Shown: positions 12,824 through 23,128 of the stretch, piece after piece
Layout of the letters: each line of letters opens with the position of its first letter
How positions within the stretch are numbered: position 1 is the stretch's first letter
The notes under the pieces: generated by a model
Databases searched by the model: none
What the model was told of the DNA's origin: nothing
What the model saw: only the letters and a program-made list of their open reading frames with translations
NCBI GenBank assembly: GCA_051362555.1
Contig: CM120643.1
Location: 27,160,848-27,224,847 of the forward strand
Length of the DNA stretch: 64,000 nt
Source of the DNA: Lingula anatina
Taxonomy: Eukaryota; Animalia; Brachiopoda
Direction of reading: 5' to 3'
Translations under genes and position numbers: made by a program

Positions 12824-15751
12824 GTACATGTAAGTCACTTAATTAGTCATGCTGAATATTAACCTGCTTCTATCCAAAGATTCAGTGTCATGTTTTTCTC
12901 GACGTTTTCGCTCATCCAGAGTGTATGACAACGCCCAGGCGAACGCCATGATGTTAAAGGCGGTGACCATTCTGAACGTGTGGACCCGGATGTCCAAGCA
13001 GCGTAAAGAGAACTTCCGGTCCTTCATCCACACCCAGTGTGCACCGGAGGAGATTCCTTATGACGAGTCGGCCACCTGTGATGACGACGACCTGAAAAAA
13101 GTGGCCTTCCAATTAAAGGTAGTTTCATAATTAGATGTCAATAGATATTCAATAGTACTAATAAACCAATTTTGATATCACGACTATAAGTCAGTTTTAT
13201 ACTTGGGTAATGGATAATAACGCCAGTGTTACATAATAGGAATTATATCCCTAGGATTAAATTACATCATTGTACAAAACGTGGGGTTGATCAGTTTTCA
13301 GGTTGGGATGTTTCTTTGTTTTTTGTTTCATTTATTTATTTATTTATTTATTTATTTATCTATTTATAATCAAACCATAGTGATGGCGCCATAAAACAAC
13401 AGAAAACTAATTTAGGGGATTGGTAATTAAAATGAGGTATATGCGTTTCAGGATGAGCTGGAGGACATGAAGGAGTTTGTCCGGATTGAGCTGAACAAAG
13501 TGGCCTTCAGCACAGCGTCCGACAGTTCTAAACTAGAGATGAAGGTAAGATATGCTCGGTAAAATATTTATGTATAGGCAATATATGATACATGTAGGCC
13601 TAATCATGGTAATAATTCTAAACTAAAGATAAGGAAAAATATGTGCAATGAGATGTGGGCAAGCTTGGATTACGAATGTAAATCATAAGAGTATACAATT
13701 ATAATACAAGGCCGAACCATGAGGGGGTCTAGCTCAAATGGTAGAGCGCTCGCTTAGCATGCGAAAGGTACTGGGATCGATGCCCAGGTCTTCCAGAGTG
13801 TTTTGTTTTCGTTATTCCGTCACAGTTTATGAAATCTTGTAATTTTTTTATAAGCAGTGTGGAACTGACTAACCATCCAGTTTCAAAATATAAGAATATT
13901 ATACAAATTCCTCTGACATTTACCCTTTGATTTAAGGAACGTTACTGGCTTATCTACCAGGGATCAAAGTTTATGTTTTTATTCATTCAATTGTGTTGAA
14001 ACCAAAGTAGAGAAAACAATTGACTCAGTTACTGGATACAAAAGGAGTTTTATTTTAAGTTGCTAATGTTTACAAAATAGTTGTTTTCAAAGAGTACACG
14101 AAAAAAGAACGTTCTAATATGGCTGATCAAAAGAAGCATCTTTCATTGTTCCACTCCTACGGTTCGACCTGCTCACAATGCCATCCTCAGGGGAACTGAC
14201 CTGCCATCGGGGTCACGTGGTGACAATTGTCGCAACCATATTTTATTTCGTTTTTATTTTCTTATTGTATTTACTAGATTATTTTTGCTTCGTATTTAAT
14301 ATTCAATATACCACAATCAATGCGCTGTTTGATTATTGGCGTTTCCTGTGAAGCATGTTTTAGACGTCTCACTTTATTTTAGGACAAAATAGAGGTTTTG
14401 CTAGCCGATGTGAAGTACTCCATCCTGAATGCATTCTTGGAGAAGAAAACGGACTGTCTAACCGAAGAAAAGTTTGAGACTGCACTGGCACCTATCAGAG
14501 ATGAAATAAAAACCTTCACCAACAATCAGGAGACATTAATGACTGAAATGGCGGCGCTCAAAGCCATGATTCAGCAATTAGAAGTTAAACAGGCACCGCC
14601 GCCAGGTGAAATGATTTAAAAAGCTTCCATCGCTCTAAAGTAGAATCAATATGATTCAATTTATATTTATTAACTTTTTTGCTGTCAAACTGATTTGAGA
14701 ATTGTTCTTCTGACAACTGAAAAAGATCAAATTTACAAACATACGCATTCTCTTGAGTGTATCTTGCAGTATGTACATGTATATATGTGTGTATGTATAT
14801 GTATTTGTGTGTGTGGAGATGTGTTTGTGCGGGCGTACATGCATTCGTCTACTTATATCGTTTATTTGTGCGTAGAGTTTGTGTGTGTGTGTGCCAGTGT
14901 GCGTATTAATATATTGTTTGGCCCTCTCTTACGTCTTGGTATGGCTGTATTGGATATATCTCTTCTGTTTAATGTCAACTTCTCACAAAGTATCAAGTTG
15001 ATCCTTCATCGTAATCAGTTACCATGCGAGACCTTTTTAATTTTCATTACACAAATATGAAACTTACTTCATCATATTGTGCTGTGTATCCTAGGCCTTC
15101 CACCCCAGGGGTTTTATTCACTGCCCCACCCTCGCCACCGGACGTCGTCTTACTCGCGGTCCAGGAGGAGGGGGTCCCCGTCACCCGCAAGGTCAGAGAG
15201 GTCCCGCAAGAGCGACAGGCAGTCGGAGAAAAGGTAGGGCATTTTAGTGCACGTAAAAAAGAACCCCCATAAGCATCGATTGTAATCAATCTAATTCACT
15301 CCAATATGTTCAATGGAACTTATTTCTAGCTCCCTCGTTCAATCGTTACTTGTAACTTGTTTCAGCAAAGAGCAAGTGCAATGGTCGCATCTAGCATATG
15401 TGACTTATATATTCCCTTTACGTGAAGGAATATCTGTACATTGTATTGTTTTATCATTTAAGAAGGGAGAAGAAATCCAGTCGCCGTAGAAGCAGAGATG
15501 AAGACCGTGGCTCTTCACCCAGCGGGGATGATGTCGCCCAGGGTAGGAACATGTCTGTGATGTACCATGTGGTGTGAGATAAGCCGCCTTCTGATATCTT
15601 AGCTTTCGTCTACGTCAGTTTGTCCGATGACTACCCCCAAGAATAGCTCTTTATCGTTCAAAACTTTATTTTTAATCGCAGTTTGATTCTTTAGTATCCC
15701 AGGTACAACGAAGTTGTCATTTTTATGCCAACAAGGGAATCAATAAACACA

Positions 15752-15787
<36 letters not shown>

Positions 15788-16027
15788 CCCTCAAGAGTGT
15801 CATTCCTTTGAGATTCACCAATGAGCCATAACAGAAAATCTCCCACAAACGTCTCTACATGTTGTTGTGTAATCTCTTTCCCAGGGCTGCAGTCGAGTTC
15901 TAGCACCAGTACATTGACGGAACCCAGTCCACCCACGCCCCGCAGACGACACTCATCTTCCAAATCAAGATCTAAATCAAAAACTCCAAGCCAAAAAGGA
16001 TCATTGCCAAGGAAGTCAAAGCGGTGA
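1742..16027 (+). CDS. Ankyrin-repeat, 6-TM TRP-family cation channel (TRPV/TRPA-like), about 1004 aa, 19 coding exons
   Basis: Exons: 1742-2063, 2986-3242, 7242-7392, 7699-7863, 8230-8339, 9045-9167, 9500-9591, 9826-9979, 10316-10533, 10940-11115, 11378-11461, 11833-12002, 12329-12444, 12920-13118, 13452-13544, 14383-14605, 15095-15233, 15463-15542, 15885-16027. Total 3015 nt with compatible phases. Ankyrin motifs GQTVLHE, GRTPLHIAA, NQTPVHFAA, GRTPVHLAA. Pre-S1 LVMHPVVQRLISIQW; S3 DDWWNVFDW; S4-S5 RLLKSARAFSLLGPFIVML; pore SLFRMTL; S6 LNLFIALLSDTFQRV. Exon 1 and the last three exons are less certain. Confidence 0.88.
6655..6960 (+). mobile_element. Highly degenerate LINE ORF2 C-terminal fragment in TRP intron 2
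   Basis: Translates, with stops, to KLRT...FRMLI*PLYVETGRCINTPIIDRICQI..DDKNHVLLQC. This is the same motif family as the element at 191-782. Confidence 0.55.
8573..8923 (+). mobile_element. Non-autonomous Helentron/DINE-1-like (HINE) element, family 1
   Basis: 5' subterminal repeat ACCTCCGCCAAGG, (GTTT)n/(GTCT)n microsatellite, 3' inverted copy CCTTGGCGGAGGT, short hairpin GCGCTC-TCG-GAGTGC and a CTAG end. A second copy lies at 57819-58047 (-). Confidence 0.75.
12660..12822. repeat. (AGT)n microsatellite with AGA interruptions
   Basis: Directly visible; it produces the spurious poly-Ser/Val ORF at 12592..12846. Confidence 0.95.
13723..13795 (+). tRNA. tRNA-Ala(AGC), intronic in the TRP gene; possibly a variant or recent pseudogene
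   Basis: GGGGGTCTAGCTCAAATGGTAGAGCGCTCGCTTAGCATGCGAAAGGTACTGGGATCGATGCCCAGGTCTTCCA, 73 nt. Anticodon AGC, G3:U70, Ala-type T-loop ATCGATG, and TTTT terminators just downstream. Two stem mismatches (U6:U67, C27:A43). Confidence 0.85.
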
Positions 16028-18344
16028 CGGAAACAAGCAAAAGAAGAAATAATGAATACGGAAAGCGGAAAAACGTGAAATAAAATGAAAAAAAGGAAAA
16101 ACGTGGTGAACAGGAGAAGCTTGTCTTGTCACATTTGCGACCGCAAGCCATCTGGAGGTCACAAACAGACCTTGTAGTGGTGGACACTAGGGTTTGTGCA
16201 GTGCCATTTGATTTGACTTTGATTCGATCGAAAGTGAAATAAATGCCCAAAGGAGTATTATACGCTTTAAACCTTTAAGGAGCAAAGAAAGAGAAGATTT
16301 AAAAACTCGGAAACGGGTTTGGAGACCGTGATTTTTCCGGCAGTACTACGGTGATTAAAGACAACTTTGCCACAATGTATGTAAACAAACTATGTGCTTT
16401 CATGGTTTAAGGTTTTCTTATGGTCAGATACAATAGCACACCCGCTTACGGTTAGTTGTAAGAACAAATATGACTGTGGCTGAGATAAGGTTAAGGACCA
16501 AAATACCCCGATCATCCGTCATTTATATTATAAAAAACACGGATGTCCTTTATCGCCATATTACTTTGTAAGTATACACATGCAGATTGCATCAATAGTG
16601 ATATGTGGCTCGTGAGAGGGTCTTTTCGTTTTCCCTGATAGTTTTAGTGTGAAAATTTGTAAATAAATTTCAGTAATTTTGAAAATTAATTAAATTAATG
16701 GACTTTATGCCACATTACTTTGGGCACCTTAACCATAAGCGAACATTTGAGTTCGGACGAAAATGCTTCTTTTTTTAAAAAATCAAGTATTTTATTAAGC
16801 TATTTGATTTGTTTTCTATAGTTTAGTGCAGTGTTAGTAGTGAATCACGTTTCTAATATCAGCAGACCACCAATTTACAGGCCAGCAATACGCGTGCGGT
16901 TATTGTGAACATTTAAACTTTAATAATAACATATTCACTATCTCTATTGATTGTTATTGCCTCAGGATAATGGCGTCGAAAGATTTATACATATTCAGTA
17001 GTCAATTTTTTGTTGTCTTAGGTTTTGATGTATTTTGTAATTGTTTCTATTCCCATTTGTGTCGTTCAACCTATGAGCATATGAAGCATGGGACATATAA
17101 TGTTTATATTTGTATGATACTGTTCACACGTTACTACTAGTGACTCGCTGCTTTCTACTGCAGTGTGGATGGTACTTTATTTTTCCCTACATCATGAAAA
17201 ATTCAAACATCATTTTGTCATTTTTCTGTTCAAATAAATAAATTGTATTTCATAGTTTGTTAAGTGTTTATGACACTATTCTCAATTTGACCATGCAAGG
17301 GACAGCAAACTGTCAGCGAGGTCAATGATAAACCCTGTGAACCAACTTTATGTATGACAAAAGTAGCTACAAACACAACCATTTTAGTCATGCAGTGGCT
17401 TCAAATAAATCAAACTGACTTAACTGTTATTACTTTGAATAAGACGTAACAATGAAAGAGAAACAACTGTTTCATCACGCGTTATGCATCTCAATAATAC
17501 AGAAAGAAAAAGGGGGTTTCTAAAGAACGGGAGAACACTTTTCACGACTGCCAACATGTCAGCGCCAAGGCGATATTTGAATCCACAAAAAACAGAGGAT
17601 AGACATAAAATTGAGGAAATTTCACATCTCGTCAGACGGTCAGAAGCGATGATATTCCCTCTTAACTAACAAAATTAAAATTTATTAGAATCATGTATTA
17701 TGTGATCTGCCGACTCGAGATCGTTTCAAATTATGCGTACAGGTACCACAGTAAGTGCTCCAATCGACGTGTCATACCGCCTCCAAGTCGGATCACTTTT
17801 ATTGTTTCTTATCCTACTGTTAGTCCAGCTTCAGGCCAACATTTAAATACACCAGCAGGAACCAAAAATATCGACCTCAACGCAATTAAAGTTTTTCAGA
17901 ACAATAGAGACAGTGACATGAGGTTTTAATTTGTTTACTGCAGTCGTGTTTAATTACTTAACTAATGGAAGGTATCGACTGTATCACAGATTCTAGTTTG
18001 TTGGTCGATAAACTGAAAAGAACATCACATTTAACTAAGATTATTAATGGACCCTTAAAAGTTAGTAATTCCGTATGCTATCGACTGCTAGGTTATACTT
18101 CCGGTAATAACTATCGGAAGTCCTCGTGATACTTTATTATATATCAGGATACCATTAAATAGCAGACTGTCAATGTTTACTCTGGCTAAGAGTGACTGTA
18201 AGATGAGCCGCCGTGTGGAATGCAATCAGCGTTTGGTTGATAAGGAAGCATTGCCAATCTTCGACTTAAACTACAGCAGTGCAAACCTTTAAGCTTAATA
18301 ACAAAAAAGTTTCGGAGATTTTTTTTATTTCTTTGAGCCTTACA

Positions 18345-21300
18345 ATGAACATGATGTTTCCACTCACATGGATGGCTCTTATCGGCGTCTTAGCGTCGCT
18401 GGAGCTTATCAGAGGTGAACTCACGCTTATCTTCTTTAACTTCGAGCATTTCCTGGGACACGTTTGCAAATATTGTATCAAACATAATTACAGTTAGGGA
18501 TCTGATAAATAATTTTCTTGAATATGTACCTAACCATTTGTACAGGTGCACGGGGCAATTCTGCCATGGACCGCCTGATGGAGTATGTAGGTAACAGGAC
18601 CAACCCCCTGTCTATCCCGCTACCAGAAGATGTGGGTCCTTTGTCAGTTAACATAACAATGGTTATAAGCAACATTTTCCGCTTGGTGAGTAATATTACA
18701 TATATATATTCATATCCACCTCATCAGCAGCCACAAATTGATTAAATTTTGTTTTTAGGCTACAAAATAATATAGTAAAGACGATGGCTGAAGGAGGCTC
18801 AACATTTGTTTAAACGTAAAGCATCAATTTGACTTTATTTCCACATAATTTATTTGCGGCATTGTTCGACATCACAATTTTTATTTCGCTGTGCCTTGAT
18901 TGCACATTGTGTATGGAACATATACAAAATATAACTTTCTTTATTGAATATTATTGTTGCTAGTTTGTTCGTACAATAAGTATCTACCTGTAACATGAAT
19001 AATCTTAAACCCAAGTGACCGCGAAAGCTGACCTTTGTGATCATATGGACGATGTATTTTAATGATGTGCATGTAACACAAGGAATATACATGGGTCGTC
19101 TGAGCAAGGGGACGTGGGTTCTACCAGTCTTTCATAAACGGTACCACTTGTCTCCCCGCTTGGCAATCAGCACTTGCATTGGGGATTGAAGCAGGGTCTT
19201 TGGTCTGACAGAGAAAGATACTGTTAGTTTTCAAAAGTTTTCAGCGTCTCATTCGACAGCTGGGGTGTATCTACGCTATGGGCGTTAGAACGCTTTCACC
19301 CGAAGGGATAAAAATATTTATGTCCAGGTATTTTTTTCACTTATTGTAAAGTGCTCTGAAACTAAGTGTAGTGCGCTATATAATAACAATATTTTACTTA
19401 ATTATCTCATTATGCAGGACGAAGTTTATCAGACGCTGACTTCCGGCCTCTGGTTTGTTCTGGTGAGTGAGTATTATTATTATTATTTTTTTTTACATTA
19501 GTTATACTATATTTGCATTCAGATATGATGCCACTTTGTAAGCTAAGGGATTGGTGGCTGTATCCCAGTCAACCATGTGGTCTTTGTCTTAGTCCTAGTT
19601 TTTTTTAAATCTCAAATACATGTATGTGTTTAGGACTACAAATGGCTGACTGGGGTTTCAACTATTCTAAATCGTTCTGTAATTGTAAGTTTGAATTTTA
19701 ATATGACAATTAAAAATATAACAGCAGTGTTCTCATAATAATGATGTTCTTATATTATTATTATTATTATTATTATTATCATCGTTGAAGGTGTTGGCGG
19801 CATGGATGGTGATGGCGTATTAAAGTTATTATTTGTTCCTAATTTTGTGTGAATAACCAGACAGTCTTAAACATACAAATTTAGACGGGTGATCTTAATC
19901 ACCAGCAAGTTAATCAGCGAGTTAGCTATTCATTGGCTAATGATGGATTTCCTTCACACATTTTACTGTTTGATAACTTGACGTCACCACAAGTCAAAAC
20001 CGATTTTCAAATCACACACACAAGCATAAAAGTTAATAGGTCCTACTAGAAAAACTCACTTCTGTATTTTCTCCAACAGCACTGGACAGACTATAGACTC
20101 ACGTGGAACCCAGCGGAATATGGTAACATCTCCTTGATATCCGTTCCTTTGCAGAAGGTGTGGAAACCGGACGTAGAAATGTTCATCACGTAGGGCCCTT
20201 TGCTTCACTCATTTATTTTCTATTTATTATGCAGAATTGAACAGAGAAGCCTAATATACGTTTAGTAAAAACAGTTTGTTATTAACACTGTCCTTGTTCC
20301 TAACGCATGTAAAGTAGCACTAAAAAAGTAAGAAATATACATCAGGACCTTGTAGCATACCCTTTAACCGAGCACTACAGTCGAGACCCCAGCTGATTCT
20401 AAGTGTCATTCGTATTAATAGTTTAATATAAATATTAAAGTGTATTCCCCGTAGGCATACTCGGGTTTTGTAATGCAACAACTTGATATTTTGTTTCATT
20501 TTCAGCGCAGACGACAATCCTATGTTGTACAGTGCCACATACGGGGACGTGACAATGTGTCAGTTGAGATCCAACGGAACCGTCGAATGGTTGCCTCATC
20601 GCCGCGTGTCTAGTACATGCGCAGTTGATGTTTATTTCTATCCGTTTGATTCTCAGTCATGTGGGCTTCACATCTATTCCCCTACACTACCAGCTATATT
20701 TCTAAATTGGACAGTAGCATCACCTATTGACGCGACCCGTGGATCAAACCTATCGTCCAGAGAATGGGAAGTTATCAGCTTGGATCACTCTACGTATAAT
20801 AGCAAAGATGCTGCGGTATCAATAATCATTGAACTTAAGATAAATATTCGTCGCAACTTTTCCTTCTTTTCTCTTGCTATCTTGCTACCTTCGGCTCTCC
20901 TTGCAGTCCTTACTCTGGCCATGTTTTGGATCCCGCCTAACTCCACGGATAAAATGTCTATGGGTATGTAAACATTTTGTGTTGGGCCTATATAGTTATG
21001 CTAATCATAAAATGTCCTTGGGTACGTGCTTCTTTCCAGTAATATCAACATTTAACTTAAATGGTCGTAAAATGAGAAGGCAGAAAATTGATGAGATCAG
21101 AGAAATTACGAAGACAAACGATTTTTTTTCTATAGAAAATATTAAAAAATAAACGACTCACAATATTAAGTTTGGTTCTAGGAATGGCCATATGGACCTG
21201 TCTCTGTGTGATCCTCCTGGTTTTGGTTGGTATTGTTCCTGGGGGCGGCGGAAGAATCCCCTTAGTTGGTGAGCATATATTTTTAAACGATCATCACATG

Positions 21301-22313
21301 TCGTTAATATCCGACGCCGTACGTTTGACAGCCGTAGAGAAATAAGGCTTTTGGGTCAGGGACGGATCCAGAGATAATTTGTGACAGTCTTCCAAACTGA
21401 CGTTGTTGATCCATCCTCCATTTTTTAACGTCTTCCGACAGAAAAAAAAAATTAAAAATTAGATACCCATCAATGTAAACTTGGCAAATCTGAACGTCTT
21501 TCGGAAGACCCAGAAGACGGCCTCAATCCGCCCCTGTGACTAATAGCGGAATGGGCTGCTCATTCTTTACTGAGATGCGTGTAATGCCAGTTGTATCTTG
21601 GGCTCCCCAGGTTCTTTCTTCATCTTGAATCTGGTTCTTGTGACTGCAACGATGATCGTCATGATTGGCACGACAACAATGGCAGAGAACTGCACCCCCG
21701 TGCCACGGTGGCTCAGCAAGGTGAGGCAACCCTAAATGTAATTTATAAGATTCGTTTTCCACAATTGCTTTCCATATCAAATTACTCGTTGAGGGTGAAT
21801 TGCTAGTGGCAAACTGTGTAATTTTGAAAATTTTCTCCGATAGCGTTTTTTTTTTTTTTAACATGGATATTGCTTCGATTAAGAGAATAAAATAACTATC
21901 AAGATGTTTCTGTGATGATCCCCGATGTTCGGTATTCCTGGGGAGTTACATGTACATGTGGCAATGCATCCTACAGCGTGCATGGTAAGGACACTGTTTT
22001 TTTAATTGGCAACTATTTACAGGTGATGATGACGCACGTGTTTGGCACGTATGGTACAAACCAAGCACAAAATGAACGTATTGAGCCCCAAGAAAACTCT
22101 GCGAGGAAAGCTTCAGTGGTTGAATCTATTGAGAGGAATGTCAACAGCGATATTGAGAAAATACCATGTCACAGCTGTGGAAAAGAAAGAAAGGGATACC
22201 AGAAAGAATGGCAGTGTATTGCGAAATCATTTGATCGCCTTGTTTTTTGGTTGTTTTGTATAGGAATCACAATTTCAAGCGTGTGGATTTTAATTGATTT
22301 CTTCAATGGTTGA
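18345..22313 (+). CDS. Divergent nAChR-like Cys-loop channel subunit, copy A (about 436 aa, 8 exons)
   Basis: Exons 18345-18414, 18546-18685, 19418-19462, 20080-20189, 20506-20963, 21182-21268, 21611-21720, 22023-22313; all GT-AG and in frame. Signal peptide, WTDYRLTWNP, WKPD, Cys-loop CAVDVYFYPFDSQSC, M1 LLPSALL, M2 TDKMSMGMAIWTCLCV, MA-M4 EWQCIAKSFDRLVFW. No loop C vicinal cysteines. Confidence 0.9.
19090..19395 (+). mobile_element. Degenerate SINE-like element (Meta-domain-like core, L2-type tail) in intron 2 of copy A
   Basis: Core GGTACCACTTGTCTCCCCGCTTGGCAATCAGCAC resembles Meta-domain SINE cores. The end TGTAAAGTGCTCTGA...GCGCTATATAA resembles L2-derived tails. Recognised by eye only. 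Confidence 0.45.
21357..21536. mobile_element. Small degenerate MITE in intron 6 of copy A
   Basis: Imperfect terminal inverted repeats CAGGGACGGATCCAG ... TCAATCCGCCCCTG; no clear TSD. Confidence 0.4.
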
Positions 22314-22544
22314 AACCGTTTCAGACATTTTTCATGTGATTATCAATGACTCTTTATCTTGCGACTTTAATTGATATACTGGTAGACAATTCCACTTTAC
22401 CACGCATTTCATAACATGTGTCAATTTGAACACAGAAATGTATCATTATGACCTTATTTATTTCGATCTTGCGTAATGTAAAAAAATCATTTGGCCATAG
22501 GAAACAACTGCATGGAAAATAAGAAATTTAAAATAAAAAGTGTA

Positions 22545-23106
22545 TGTAAGAATCGGATAACCGATTTCTTGTTTATTTTGATTAATGTAAACTTAAGCGG
22601 CCCATTTGCGTGATCTTTTACGTGAGGAGGCAGGATTGCGAAGAAAATTGATGGACACTTCAACAGCGTGGCTGTTTTGTAGTTAGCATTCCGTAGGAAT
22701 AGACTTTTTTTTGCGACACTCCTTTGTGCTTTTATGATAGTTCAGACACCACATAGTATAATAACGTCAAGTTACTTAGATGTTCAGTGATTTTGTAGAG
22801 GAAATTCAGCTTTCCAGGATAAAAAGGAATAATTGACATCCACGAAAGCCAGCAATGTGAGTTTTTTATGATTGCTCTGTTGTACTGTATAAGTTAGTTT
22901 AACATTCTTAATGCAGTTTAAAATTGTTTGTAACACTCTGTTTTATTTAAGAATACTTATTTATGTTTGTTTTTTTTTTTGTTTTCGTTTTAGTCAGAAC
23001 CATTGGACTACAAGTACATGCGTTTCTGATGCTGGTTATTGAAATAAACATACAGAATATTAATCAAGACTTTATTGTTTTCACTTAAGATCCGTGGGAT
23101 CTTACA
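22545..23106 (+). repeat. 5' LTR (562 bp)
   Basis: Near-identical to 28863-29430; I see one substitution and two poly-T length differences. Confidence 0.95.
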
Positions 23107-23128
23107 GTTCTGAATTGGCTTTCCAACC

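Noticed and set aside
12592-12846. ORF with poly-Ser/Val
   Set aside because: It is the translation of the (AGT)n microsatellite inside an intron.
20930-20963. Anion-selective channel interpretation
   Set aside because: No PAR motif; -1' is Asp and 13' is Val, which fits cation selectivity.
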